Shown: one piece after another, positions 17,721 to 27,432 of the stretch
Layout: each line of letters starts with the position of its first letter
Position numbering within the stretch: position 1 is the stretch's first letter
NCBI GenBank assembly: GCA_050253335.1
Contig: JBFWJG010000027.1
Location: 1 to 33,264 of the forward strand
Reading direction: 5' to 3'
Length of the DNA: 33,264 nt
Source: Deferribacterales bacterium
Lineage (GTDB): Bacteria; Chrysiogenota; Deferribacteres; Deferribacterales; Geovibrionaceae
Position numbers and translations under genes: made by a program
Notes under the pieces: generated by a model
Database searches by the model: none
What the model saw: only the letters and a program-made list of their open reading frames with translations
What the model was told of the DNA's origin: nothing

Positions 17721-19072
17721 TTCACTTCCGGAAGATGTTTCAGGGATTCTGCAATCGCCGCCTCGGGGTATGCGTAGTCCTCAAGCTTGCCGTCGGTGAA
17801 AGCCTCATATGACATCATGTCGAAGTGTCCGTGTCCGCTGAGGCAGAAAAGCAGGGTTTTGGCCTCTCCGCTCTCTTTGCATTTCAGGGCTTCCTTGATT
17901 GTGGCGGCTATGGCGTGGGAAGATTCCGGAGCAGGAACCACACCCTCTTCCTTCGCGAACATAAGCGCGCTGTTGAAAACCTCAAGCTGGGGAACGCTCT
18001 GCGCTGTGATAAGCCCCTGATTGTAAAGCGCGCTCACCAGAGGAGACTCCCCGTGATAACGCAGACCGCCGGAGTGGATAGCGGGCGGCTCAAAGTCATG
18101 TCCGAGGGTGTACATCTGCATAATGGGCGTAAGCTTCGCAACATCGCCGTAGTCATATGTGTAGATGCCTTTGGTCAGCGTGGGGCAGCTTGCGGGCTCC
18201 ACGGCAACGGCCGTGACATTTTTGCCGTTCATTTTATCCAGAACAAATGGGAAGGCTATTCCCGCAAAGTTCGATCCGCCGCCGCATGATGCGAATATCA
18301 TGTCAGGATAAGCGCCGATCTTGGCGAACTGCTTCTGCGTCTCAAGACCTATTACGGTCTGATGCAGGCAGACATGGTTGAGCACGGAACCAAGGGCATA
18401 GTTAGTGTCCTTGCGTCCTGCCGCCTCCTCCACAGCCTCGCTTATGGCAAGACCCAGACTTCCCTGCATGTCGGGGTTGCGCTTCAGAGCTTCACGCCCT
18501 GCGTTTGTGAGTTCAGACGGGCTGGGGAAAATCTCAGCGCCGAACATTTTCATAAAGGCTTTTCTGTAGGGCTTCTGGAAGTAGCTCACCTTAACCATGT
18601 AAACCCTGCACTCCATGCCGAACTGGGCACAGGAAAAGCTGAGCGCGCTGCCCCACTGTCCTGCTCCTGTTTCGGTGGTGAGCCTTTTTATTCCGGCTTC
18701 TTTGTTGTAGTAGGCCTGAGCCACGGCGGTATTTGTCTTATGGCTGCCTGCGGGGGAAAGCCCTTCGTATTTATAATATATTTTTGCAGGTGTACCGAGG
18801 GCTTTTTCCAGCCTTCTCGCTCTTATCAGGGGAGACGGCCGCCACAGGGATATTATTTCGCGAACCTCATCGGGGATGTCGATCCATCTTTTATCTGTCA
18901 TTTCCTGCTCAAGCAGAGCGGGAGGAAAAATTGCAAGAAGCTCCTCAGGCGCAACAGGCTTGCCCGTTGCGGGGCTTATTGGGGGTGCGGGAAGCTTAGG
19001 CATATCCGCCATAATGTTGTACCACTGCTTGGGAACTTCGCTTTTATCCAGATACACTCTGTCTTTATCCAT
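17717..19072 (-). CDS. trpB2: Stand-alone tryptophan synthase beta type 2 (TrpB2)
   Basis: PKQWYNI, KYEG-x-SPAGSHK, TTETGAGQWG, LGSVLNHV, GGGSN, H-x-GGLRYHG, PAPESSH, LSGHG. Confidence 0.95.
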   Translation of the reverse strand: MDKDRVYLDKSEVPKQWYNIMADMPKLPAPPISPATGKPVAPEELLAIFPPALLEQEMTDKRWIDIPDEVREIISLWRPSPLIRARRLEKALGTPAKIYYKYEGLSPAGSHKTNTAVAQAYYNKEAGIKRLTTETGAGQWGSALSFSCAQFGMECRVYMVKVSYFQKPYRKAFMKMFGAEIFPSPSELTNAGREALKRNPDMQGSLGLAISEAVEEAAGRKDTNYALGSVLNHVCLHQTVIGLETQKQFAKIGAYPDMIFASCGGGSNFAGIAFPFVLDKMNGKNVTAVAVEPASCPTLTKGIYTYDYGDVAKLTPIMQMYTLGHDFEPPAIHSGGLRYHGESPLVSALYNQGLITAQSVPQLEVFNSALMFAKEEGVVPAPESSHAIAATIKEALKCKESGEAKTLLFCLSGHGHFDMMSYEAFTDGKLEDYAYPEAAIAESLKHLPEVK

Positions 19073-19245
19073 GATTGTTACGCCCTCCGTAAAAACTGAT
19101 ATACCCGCTCATTTTAGGTGAACTTAAACGAGTTTTCAATATATTATAGGCAAAACGGTAAAGGCGGCATAAAATGGCATCGGGAATCCTGCCGTGCAGG
19201 GAGAATAACTGCCCCGCAAGGTGCTGATCATGAGAAAAAACAACT

Positions 19246-19316
19246 GTCATTCTGAACGCAGTGAAGAATCTATTCTGCGCTATGATATTGAGACTCTTCG
19301 CTTTGCTCTGAGTGAC
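19246..19316. repeat. Inverted REP-like doublet (REPIN-like hairpin)
   Basis: GTCATTCTGAACGCAGTGAAGAATCT (19246-19271) pairs imperfectly with AGACTCTTCGCTTTGCTCTGAGTGAC (19291-19316). Confidence 0.85.
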
Positions 19317-19345
19317 GCAGTAAAACCACAAAACAGGAGATAAGG

Positions 19346-19897
19346 ATGGCAAAAATCGCATTAATCCTGGCAGACGGATTTGAAGAGATAGAGGCACTGG
19401 GAACGGCGGACATTCTCCGCAGGGCAAAGGCGGATGTTTTCATAGCGGGGCTTAAAGAAGGCGCGGTTTCTTCCAGCAGAGGAGTGAAAGTTCTGCCCGA
19501 TGGGCTTATTGACAGCGTAAACGCCGATGACTTTGATGCTTTAGTCCTCCCCGGCGGCCAGCCCGGAGCGGATAACCTCAACGCCGACAGACGGGTGAAC
19601 GACCTGCTTTACAGCTTCAATGAAAAAGGAAAGCTCATCTGCGCCATATGCGCAGCGCCTTACATTCTGGCGGAAAAAGGTCTTCTTAAAGGGAAAAAGG
19701 CAACCTGCTTCCCCTCATACGCCGAAGTGCTGGGCGAAAGCTACATTGAGAAAAAAGTTGTGGAGGACGGCAACATAATAACCAGCAGAGGTCCCGCCAC
19801 AGCGCCGGACTTCGCATTTGCCATTGTTGACAGGCTGATAGATAAAAGAATTACGGATACGTTAAAAAAAGCCATGCTGTATTACTGCGGGTGTTAG
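19346..19897 (+). CDS. DJ-1/PfpI family protein (YajL/ThiJ-like)
   Basis: GFEEIE, LPGGQPG, AICAAP nucleophile elbow, ITSRGP. Confidence 0.93.
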   Translation: MAKIALILADGFEEIEALGTADILRRAKADVFIAGLKEGAVSSSRGVKVLPDGLIDSVNADDFDALVLPGGQPGADNLNADRRVNDLLYSFNEKGKLICAICAAPYILAEKGLLKGKKATCFPSYAEVLGESYIEKKVVEDGNIITSRGPATAPDFAFAIVDRLIDKRITDTLKKAMLYYCGC

Positions 19898-20226
19898 ATA
19901 CTAAGCAGCCGTTTTTCAAGAAGCGAACGCATATCTCTGCGTCCGTCTGCTATGAGAAGAATAAATACATTTTGTTCATCAGCATGATAGATTATACGGT
20001 AGGGTTTAAAATATATCTCCCTGAAACTTTTCATGCCGAGTGCGGCAAGCTCAGCGGGGAAAGTGCCTCTATGCGGCATTTCGCTCAGATTTCTGATGTT
20101 TTTAGTAATGGAATCAATAACATATTCTGCGTTCTTTCTTCCGTCATGTTTTTCAATATACGAAAATATATCCGCAAGGTCATCTTTCGCTGAACCCGTA
20201 AAAAAGATTTTATGCACGGAAATCAC
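19894..20226 (-). CDS. Type II TA toxin, RelE/ParE family
   Basis: AKDDLADIFSYI, P-x-RG, YRIIY, DGRRD; GTGA overlap with the upstream antitoxin. Confidence 0.9.
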   Translation of the reverse strand: MISVHKIFFTGSAKDDLADIFSYIEKHDGRKNAEYVIDSITKNIRNLSEMPHRGTFPAELAALGMKSFREIYFKPYRIIYHADEQNVFILLIADGRRDMRSLLEKRLLSI

Positions 20227-20477
20227 ACCTCACGGATTTCCCTGACAACATCATCAAGCGGAAAAACCCGCCCTTTCTCAATTTCACCCATGCCCACGGC
20301 AAGAATTTTCAGAAGCGCAATTGTTTCCTGCGTCTTCTCATAGTCCTCGATCGACTGGACAACCGCCTTTGCTTCTCCGTTCTGGGTAATAATCAGCGGT
20401 TCATCAATATTACGTATGATTTCAGCGGCGTTGGATTTAAGCCAGCTTATGGGTTTAACCTGTCCTGCAAGCTTCAT
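20223..20477 (-). CDS. Type II TA antitoxin, Phd/YefM family
   Basis: KPIS-x-LK, P-x-IITQNGEAKAVV. Confidence 0.92.
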   Translation of the reverse strand: MKLAGQVKPISWLKSNAAEIIRNIDEPLIITQNGEAKAVVQSIEDYEKTQETIALLKILAVGMGEIEKGRVFPLDDVVREIREV

Positions 20478-20490
20478 GAATACACCTCAT

Positions 20491-20516
20491 GGTCTGAATA
20501 TAGTCTTTATTCAGTC
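20491..20516 (-). promoter_or_regulatory. Putative autorepression operator of the Phd/ParE module
   Basis: Inverted repeat CTGAATA-N7-TATTCAG (20494-20514); GAC recurs with an 11-bp period on the minus strand. Confidence 0.55.
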
Positions 20517-20521
20517 ATAAG

Positions 20522-22429
20522 TCAACGAAGTCTCCTCATCACCCGCAGGAGTTCGGCAAGCCGTTTCTTTTCATCCCTTGTCAGGCTCCTGCCTCTGTAA
20601 AACGCACCCTGAAAGACTGAAATAAACTCGTCTGCCAGCTTTTTGAGCTCCGGATCTTTTATATCAATCTCGGTGAGACCGGCGGACGGGTTCACGTCAT
20701 AACCCTTTTTCTTCATAAGCTTACGGAATAAATGGGCGTAGCCCTCATCCCCTTTTCTTCTGAATGCGCCCCTGAAACGCCAGACTGCAAAAAAGAGCAC
20801 AGGAACAAGCAGATAGGGCAATATTGACAATGCCCTGAGCGCAATCGCCCTGTAATCGTTTTTCAGTTTTTCAGCCGCTCCCCGCACGAAATGCACCGCT
20901 TTAACCTGTTTGGAGAAATCATAATTTATCACAAACGCATTCCAGTAAAAATTCATTGTGTCCGCCAGAAGACGCATACGGAATGCGAAGGTTCTGTCGC
21001 CGCTGAACACGGAAGGAGCCGCAGGCGTGGGATCTATGCGCCGCCACCCTTTCCCGTCAATATACGCCTCCACCCAGACATGGGCGTTTCTCTGGGGAAC
21101 GGCGTAGTAGCCTCCTGCGCCGTTGTAGTATCCGCCTGCGTAGCCGCCCACGAGCCTCGCGGGGACACCGTTCCGCCGCAGTATAACCGCCGCCGCGGAT
21201 GCGTAGTATTCGCAGTTGCCCAGCTTTGTTTTAAAGAGGAAGTCCTCCAGCGGAGTCAGGGAAACAGGAAGTCTGTCCAATGAATATCTGAAACCGTTTC
21301 GGATAAAATACACCTGCATCAGCTCCGCCAGCCCTTCACCGGATGCTGTGTTTCTGAAATTGTCCGCGAATTCCGCAAGCTCCGCGGAAAGCTCAGGCAG
21401 TTCCAGAAACTGTTCATAACTATCGTATTCCTCGGTCAGATATTTATCCGATGCGGAATAAGCCGTGTACTGAATCCGCTTCTGCACCGGACGGTTCACG
21501 GAGTAGACAAATCCCCGCTCTCTTTCGCTGCCCCGCATATCCATGTGGAACGGAACATCCAGCCCGAACAGATACTTATCACCGTACGGCTCAAGATAAA
21601 CAGTATGCTCCGTGAGGTTCTTTTCAGGGTGTATGCGCCGTCTGATACCGGATTGTTTTGATGCGCTCCATGTTTTCCCGTCGAACCTGTCCATGACAAT
21701 GCCCCGCCAATATGGCGTTCCGCCTGTCATTTCAGGCATTTCCGCACGGAAAATCAGCCTCGCATCCTGCTGAATATCAGAGACATTGCCCAGTGCCACA
21801 CTGTCCGAAAAGCCGGTCATTGTGCCGTCCTCCCTGTTCAGAAACTGGAAGACCGGATAATTTGTTCTGGGCAGAACGGCAAACAGCATAACCGCAACGG
21901 GAATAGACAGAAGCGGTATCGCAAGTGTTTTATAAATAATGCGTTTTATATGTTTAACAGGCATCACTGCCCGTTCGTCCTCCGTCATATATGTAAGGAG
22001 AACCATTGAAACGGAAATCAGCATGAAAAGAGCAAAAACAAACGCCAGAAACCATATGCTGAGGCTGATGAGCGCAGAACCCGCCGCCATGAACATAGCT
22101 ATCATGTATATCTGCATGAAATCGCGGAATTTTTTATTCGGTTCGATGAATTTTACGGACTGAATGGCAAGCAGCGCCTCAAGGGCGGGAATGACCATAT
22201 TCTCCATATTCATACGGGCTATGGTAAAGAGAATAATCAGAACGGAGAGTATGTTAAGCCACAAACGGGGCACACCGCCCCTTTTCCCCGCCTCCGCCCA
22301 TGCTCCGTAAACCGTTGCGGCGAAAAACACCGCAGTATAGACAACCCCGGTCTCCCCCAAAAGGGGTATCACACCTATGAGCGCTATCAGGTATGTGAGA
22401 ATGTTCACCACATTTCTTATCTCAGTCAT
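20522..22429 (-). CDS. TgpA-like membrane transglutaminase-domain protein (DUF3488 + transglutaminase)
   Basis: N-terminal TM bundle, LPR...TGFSD, YWRG, catalytic triad GNCEYYA / AHVWVE / DPT. Confidence 0.92.
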   Translation of the reverse strand: MTEIRNVVNILTYLIALIGVIPLLGETGVVYTAVFFAATVYGAWAEAGKRGGVPRLWLNILSVLIILFTIARMNMENMVIPALEALLAIQSVKFIEPNKKFRDFMQIYMIAMFMAAGSALISLSIWFLAFVFALFMLISVSMVLLTYMTEDERAVMPVKHIKRIIYKTLAIPLLSIPVAVMLFAVLPRTNYPVFQFLNREDGTMTGFSDSVALGNVSDIQQDARLIFRAEMPEMTGGTPYWRGIVMDRFDGKTWSASKQSGIRRRIHPEKNLTEHTVYLEPYGDKYLFGLDVPFHMDMRGSERERGFVYSVNRPVQKRIQYTAYSASDKYLTEEYDSYEQFLELPELSAELAEFADNFRNTASGEGLAELMQVYFIRNGFRYSLDRLPVSLTPLEDFLFKTKLGNCEYYASAAAVILRRNGVPARLVGGYAGGYYNGAGGYYAVPQRNAHVWVEAYIDGKGWRRIDPTPAAPSVFSGDRTFAFRMRLLADTMNFYWNAFVINYDFSKQVKAVHFVRGAAEKLKNDYRAIALRALSILPYLLVPVLFFAVWRFRGAFRRKGDEGYAHLFRKLMKKKGYDVNPSAGLTEIDIKDPELKKLADEFISVFQGAFYRGRSLTRDEKKRLAELLRVMRRLR

Positions 22430-23312
22430 AAAGTGCGAGCTCCCTGAGCATCTGAAGCCTGTGCGCCGGAGTGACGTCCGGCGGAAAGAGCTTTTCAGCC
22501 GTTTTCAGTCCCACAGGCGCGCCCTTGTCCATCAGGCTGATGATAAGCCATGCGGCGCAGGAAAGCCTCTGCTCCGCTCCGCCATTCAGCTTCTCCGGCT
22601 CGATAATCACCGGTTCCGCGCCGAGGGATGTCATCTCCTTCACTTTCAGGCTGCCTGTGCGGGCTGTTGCCTTCCAGTGGATCATGCGCATGGAATCCCC
22701 TGCGGTGTAGCTGCGGATGGACATCAGTTCAGAGTCAAAGCCTTTTCTGTCGGTGGAATTTTCGCCCTGTCCGCCGGATTTTGCACCGGAATATCCCGAG
22801 ATGCATGGAAGAGGAGCGGGGAACACAATTACATCCACCGAGTCGGTAAGGTCTTTATAACGGGTGAAAAAATTGAACGGAAAAACGGTCGAAACATACA
22901 TTCCGCTTAAAATATGACGGCCCCTGGAGGGGAAAATTATTTCAGCGAACTTAACGCTCTGCCCGCCTGTGTCCGTGAAAGGGAAAAGCAGTTCCCGATC
23001 CTGAATATGCACCCTTATGAGGAAAGCCGGAAGAAACCGCCGCTCATTCACAAGCCGCACGCTCACAGGACAGACACGTCCGGCGTATATCTCATCCGGC
23101 AAACCGACCTCCACCCGCAGGCCGTTCATATCCGCCACCCCGAAGAACCCCGAAACAGCCATGAATCCCAGCATCAGGGCGACAATGATATACACAAGGT
23201 TGTTGGCGGTGTTCACCGCACCCACGCCCATAAAAATGCACAGGGCGATATATATCCACCCCGCCTTTTTAATCCGTATAACTGACGGCGCGCCCTGTTT
23301 CTTCTTTTTCAT
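22422..23312 (-). CDS. DUF58 domain protein
   Basis: GAVNTANNL, FPFNFF, R-x-Y-x-x-GD-x-x-R-x-IHWKATAR. Confidence 0.9.
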   Translation of the reverse strand: MKKKKQGAPSVIRIKKAGWIYIALCIFMGVGAVNTANNLVYIIVALMLGFMAVSGFFGVADMNGLRVEVGLPDEIYAGRVCPVSVRLVNERRFLPAFLIRVHIQDRELLFPFTDTGGQSVKFAEIIFPSRGRHILSGMYVSTVFPFNFFTRYKDLTDSVDVIVFPAPLPCISGYSGAKSGGQGENSTDRKGFDSELMSIRSYTAGDSMRMIHWKATARTGSLKVKEMTSLGAEPVIIEPEKLNGGAEQRLSCAAWLIISLMDKGAPVGLKTAEKLFPPDVTPAHRLQMLRELALYD

Positions 23313-24241
23313 GCGGGCATGTTCACTTCATCTATGAGTGAGCGGATGTAGAAATCCCTGTCGCTCCCCTGAAACTCTTCATTAAAAAGCACCCTGTGGG
23401 TGATGATATACTGGGAAAGCTCTTTAATATCCTCAGGGATTACATAGTCTCGCCCTTTGAAATAGGCGTTTGCTTTGCCGAGGCGTATCATAAACAGCGT
23501 AGCCCTTGTGGAAAGGCCCGCGCGGAGGAATCTGCTTGTTCTTGTCGCCTGAGCTATATCCAGAACATAGTCTATTATTTTATCAGCGGCCTGAACGTCC
23601 TTTTCTATCTCTTTCTGAATATTTTCAATATCCGCCAGCGAAAGAAGCGGCTCGATGTCATAAAGCTCGCGCCTTCTGCTCCCGCCGCTGAGGATAATCC
23701 GTTCCGCATCCCTGTTCGGATAGCCGAGGCTTATCTTCATCATAAACCTGTCAAGCTGTGATTCGGGCAGGGGAAATGTCCCGAACTGATCCACGGGGTT
23801 CTGGGTCGCAATCACAAAGAAGGGGCGGTTGAGGTTATATGTGTTCCCCTCCGCCGTGACCTGCTTCTCCCCCATCGCTTCCAGAAGGGCGCTCTGCGTC
23901 TTGGGTGTGGCACGGTTCACCTCATCCACAAGGACAATGTTGTTGAAAACAGGGCCCCGCTGAAACTCGAAGCGGCTGTCGTCTTTATTATAAATTGAAA
24001 GTCCGGTGACATCGGTCGGCAGAAGGTCGTTTGTGCACTGAATACGCCCGAAGCTCAGGCCAAGAGCCTTGGCAAGCCCGATGGCGAGGGTGGTTTTCCC
24101 CAGCCCGGGGAGGTCTTCAATCAGGAGGTGTCCTTTGGTGAAAAAAGTGAGAAGTGCAAGCCTGAGCCCCTGATCCTTTCCGTGGAGAAATTCACCGAGA
24201 AAACTCATTATCTCTGTTATCTGCGCATTCTTAACTTCCAT
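23309..24241 (-). CDS. MoxR family AAA+ ATPase
   Basis: H-x-LIEDLPGLGKT, RIQCT-x-DLLPTD, DEVNRATPKTQSALLEAM, ATQNP, LPESQLDRF; ATG 24241 has a GGAGG SD. Confidence 0.95.
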   Translation of the reverse strand: MEVKNAQITEIMSFLGEFLHGKDQGLRLALLTFFTKGHLLIEDLPGLGKTTLAIGLAKALGLSFGRIQCTNDLLPTDVTGLSIYNKDDSRFEFQRGPVFNNIVLVDEVNRATPKTQSALLEAMGEKQVTAEGNTYNLNRPFFVIATQNPVDQFGTFPLPESQLDRFMMKISLGYPNRDAERIILSGGSRRRELYDIEPLLSLADIENIQKEIEKDVQAADKIIDYVLDIAQATRTSRFLRAGLSTRATLFMIRLGKANAYFKGRDYVIPEDIKELSQYIITHRVLFNEEFQGSDRDFYIRSLIDEVNMPA

Positions 24242-24447
24242 AGCCTCCCTCCTTGGCTCTTTTATATATTCTACCCTAAAGATCATATTAATAAACAGAA
24301 TTTCTTAAAACAGGAATACAGCCTGAATTTAATCTTAAATTTATTTTTATACCGAAAATAACAATCATCATCCGACTGAAACAGTTCAGCAGAGCAGGAA
24401 TTATTATAATCGATAAATCATATCCATTGCATATGATTTACTATTAA

Positions 24448-24477
24448 TTGACAAAGCACTGTCAGTAAGGCTATCAT
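24448..24477 (+). promoter_or_regulatory. Putative sigma70 promoter of the CZB chemoreceptor
   Basis: TTGACA - 18 nt - TATCAT. Confidence 0.55.
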
Positions 24478-24525
24478 TATTAAATTCTTCAAAAAATTTA
24501 TTAGTGATATTCAAGGGGAGAATAG

Positions 24526-26028
24526 ATGAATTTAGTCACATGTCTTTCCATAAGAACAAAGTTCCATATTATTCTTATACTTACGGCCTTAATGTTTCTG
24601 GCAGTCATAATTTATCCGTCATACATCACAGGCGCTGTATGCTTTGCTTTATATCTCTTCTTTATGCTGATGCTGTTCCGCTCCATCACTGTCAAGCTGA
24701 AAGAGATTAACGGAAAAATGGCTTACCTCTGCGGCGGAAAGGGTGATCTCACAGCCAGAATGCCGTATATGAAGACAGACTGCTCCTGCATGCTGGCCGA
24801 GATGTCCCAGTCCCTCAACACATTTCTGGACTTTGTCGACAACGAGTTTGTGGACACCCTCTACCGTGTGGGTGACGCGGCCGAAAAAACAATGCCTGTT
24901 TCCATGGCGGTAATCAAGGTGCGGGAATCTGTGGACGAAAATATGTCCATGGCAACTCAGGTTGCCGCCGCAAGCGCCCAGATGCGCCTAGCCATTCATG
25001 ATATAGCAATGAGCGTGAACGATTCCTCTATGAAAGCGGCTGAAAGCGTTGATATGGCCAAGAGAGGAACACACGCTGTCGAGGAATCTAAAACATCCAT
25101 GGAAAGCATAGGCGGAATAATACGGGAACTCGGCGGTGAAGTCTCCAAACTTACCGATAATGCCAATAAAATAGGCGGAGTAATCTCCGTGATAAACGAT
25201 ATTTCCGACCAGACAAACCTTCTGGCGCTCAACGCCGCAATCGAAGCCGCCAGAGCGGGCGAAGCGGGAAGAGGCTTTGCAGTTGTGGCGGACGAGGTGC
25301 GCAAGCTTGCCGAAAGAACTCAGAAGTCCACCAAAGAGATAGAAAACATGGTCAATGAGATGCAGGCGAACATACGCATAGTCTCAGAGGGCGCCCAAGG
25401 GGTGATAAACTCTGTTGAGGCGCAGAAGCACTTCACAGAAAACGCTTTTTCCAGCTTCCACGCCATAAATTCCGCAGTGGAAGACCTGAACGCATCGATA
25501 AGCAGCATCTCCGCCGCCATAGAGGAACAGAGCGCGACAACCGAAGAGATAGCCCAGAGCGTTGAGAGTGTGGCAAAAGGTTCCGAACACACAAATGAAG
25601 TGGTTACCGAGCTTATGGAAGACACCGATCACCTTACCGGAAGCCTCAACGGAATTGCGGATAAATACGCCAAACTGACGTACAGCAGCAAAGGGTTCTA
25701 CTTCATAACAGCCAAAATAGCTCATATTGCCTTTATGAAGCGGATTTTTGACTGCTTCCAGAACGGAAACACAATACAGCTTCCCGACCACACAACATGC
25801 GGCTTCGGCAAGTTTTACTTCGGCAAAGGGATGGAGCTTTTCGGCAAAGACCCTGATTTTCAGGCACTTGCAAAACCGCATGAAGGGGTGCATAAGCTTG
25901 GCAACGAAATAATGAGCAGGCTGAAATCCAACAACAGAGCCGGCATAGAGAACTCCATCAACGAGCTGGACAGAAATGTGAAAAGCCTTGTTGCAAAACT
26001 GGACACACTGGCGGAAAAATACAGATAA
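24526..26028 (+). CDS. Methyl-accepting chemotaxis protein with C-terminal CZB (zinc-binding) domain
   Basis: Two adjacent TM segments, MCP hairpin motif, C-terminal H...[11 protein letters not shown]...HEGVH. Confidence 0.92.
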   Translation: MNLVTCLSIRTKFHIILILTALMFLAVIIYPSYITGAVCFALYLFFMLMLFRSITVKLKEINGKMAYLCGGKGDLTARMPYMKTDCSCMLAEMSQSLNTFLDFVDNEFVDTLYRVGDAAEKTMPVSMAVIKVRESVDENMSMATQVAAASAQMRLAIHDIAMSVNDSSMKAAESVDMAKRGTHAVEESKTSMESIGGIIRELGGEVSKLTDNANKIGGVISVINDISDQTNLLALNAAIEAARAGEAGRGFAVVADEVRKLAERTQKSTKEIENMVNEMQANIRIVSEGAQGVINSVEAQKHFTENAFSSFHAINSAVEDLNASISSISAAIEEQSATTEEIAQSVESVAKGSEHTNEVVTELMEDTDHLTGSLNGIADKYAKLTYSSKGFYFITAKIAHIAFMKRIFDCFQNGNTIQLPDHTTCGFGKFYFGKGMELFGKDPDFQALAKPHEGVHKLGNEIMSRLKSNNRAGIENSINELDRNVKSLVAKLDTLAEKYR

Positions 26029-26084
26029 AGCCTTTGACATAACACCTCTCTTTTTTTATAAATAGTTCTCTGAAGGGGGGTGTT

Positions 26085-26348
26085 ATGGTTGTTGTTTTTC
26101 TTGCGGTGACATCTATATACGCATATTACAAAACGGGAAGCTTCGTCCTTCTCGGACTTACCGTTCTTGTTTTTGCAATAAACAAAGCAGCCCGCTTCAA
26201 AATGGATCACGACCGTAAAAAGAAAGCCCTCCCCTCTGACAAGATCGATCCATACTCCACGGATATAAACATCATCACATTCCTCATACTTGTGGTCATC
26301 TTCATACACAGCATGTACCGAATGCTCACCTTCGGAGTTACCGCATAA
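26085..26348 (+). CDS. Small hypothetical membrane protein
   Basis: 87-aa ORF with a G-rich SD and about three hydrophobic segments. Confidence 0.65.
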   Translation: MVVVFLAVTSIYAYYKTGSFVLLGLTVLVFAINKAARFKMDHDRKKKALPSDKIDPYSTDINIITFLILVVIFIHSMYRMLTFGVTA

Positions 26349-26435
26349 AACTCCTTTCCGGTTAAATTCACTTGCGGCGTATTACGCCGTGCCTGACTTT
26401 ATAATTATAAACTGATCAGCAAAAAGGAGGCGCAT

Positions 26436-27050
26436 ATGCGCAGACTTATCATTATTTCTTTGCTGGCGCTCGGTATTTCAGGATGCGCAAGCTACACCGT
26501 CAATGTAACAGGCTACGGCGGTCTGGATAATTATCCGGCCAAGACATATGATTTCATGCTTTCTCAGGATATAAAAACAGACCTTGAGGCTATGGGTTAT
26601 GTCAGCATACTGGAAAAACAGCTTGCCTGCATAGGCTGGAAAAGGGACGCAGGAACACCCGAATACATGATTGCCCCTTCCTTCGGGATAACCGGAGTAA
26701 ATAGCAATGAACCGGAAGCCCGCTTCGGCATAGGTATAGGAACCGGAAGCTTCGGTGGCGGCCTGTCGCTGGGCACTTTCCTCGGCACATCCGCAGGCTC
26801 CTCCTCAGGGGATGACTACACCAAGTTTCTGGATGTAAAGCTTTTTGCCAAGGGCAGAACAGACGAACAGCCGGTATGGCAGGGTAAAATCTTCATACGG
26901 GATTCAGAGGATAAACTCAGCGGGGTAATGCCTGTTCTTGTGAAATACGCCGTTGAAAACTTCGGCAAATCCACAGACGGCAGCAAGGAGTTCACCTTCA
27001 ACGCCACAGGCAAAAACATGGAAGCGCTGGAAACCTGCCCTGCGGAGTAG
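26436..27050 (+). CDS. Lipoprotein, DUF4136-like
   Basis: AGGAGG SD, lipobox ISGC, glycine-rich GIGIGTGSFGGG segment, VWQG motif. Confidence 0.7.
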   Translation: MRRLIIISLLALGISGCASYTVNVTGYGGLDNYPAKTYDFMLSQDIKTDLEAMGYVSILEKQLACIGWKRDAGTPEYMIAPSFGITGVNSNEPEARFGIGIGTGSFGGGLSLGTFLGTSAGSSSGDDYTKFLDVKLFAKGRTDEQPVWQGKIFIRDSEDKLSGVMPVLVKYAVENFGKSTDGSKEFTFNATGKNMEALETCPAE

Positions 27051-27068
27051 AAAAAGCTAACCAAGCAG

Positions 27069-27131
27069 CAACCGGATTTTTCCCAAAATGGGAAAAATCC
27101 GGTTGACATATTCACAGCTACACTCTATCTT
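27069..27131 (+). promoter_or_regulatory. higBA operator and promoter
   Basis: Perfect 17-bp-arm inverted repeat CAACCGGATTTTTCCCA-AAA-TGGGAAAAATCCGGTTG overlapping TTGACA (27103-27108) - 17 nt - TATCTT (27126-27131). Confidence 0.75.
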
Positions 27132-27136
27132 TATCT

Positions 27137-27430
27137 ATGAGAATAATTGCCCGGAAAACCTTAACAGAATTTTATACACTGCATCCTGACAGCAAAAATG
27201 CTCTTGAGGCATGGTTTTATGAAACAAAACAGGCAAAATGGCAAAGCTTTAACTGCATAAAGGAAAAATACCGCAGTGCGAGTATCATCAGCGGAAACAG
27301 AGCAGTTTTCAATATATGCGGTCATAAATACAGGCTGATAGTTAAAATACATTACACTGTCGGGCTGGTTTATATACGCTTTATAGGAACGCACAAGGAA
27401 TACGATAAAATTAACGCCGCAGAGGTGTAA
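27137..27430 (+). CDS. higB: Type II TA toxin HigB
   Basis: MRII, L-x-x-W, ASII, VFNI-x-G-x-KYRLI, IRFIGTHKEYDKI; toxin-first gene order. Confidence 0.93.
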   Translation: MRIIARKTLTEFYTLHPDSKNALEAWFYETKQAKWQSFNCIKEKYRSASIISGNRAVFNICGHKYRLIVKIHYTVGLVYIRFIGTHKEYDKINAAEV

Positions 27431-27432
27431 AA

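Noticed and set aside
19181..19225. Cobalamin-riboswitch-like fragment (GGGAA...AACTGCCCCGCAA)
   Set aside because: Lacks the GGTGnAAnTCC loop, the following CTGT and the B12 box; the downstream DJ-1 gene is not B12-related
20522..24241. MoxR-DUF58-transglutaminase trio as a novel system
   Set aside because: A widespread, previously described gene cluster, although its function is poorly understood
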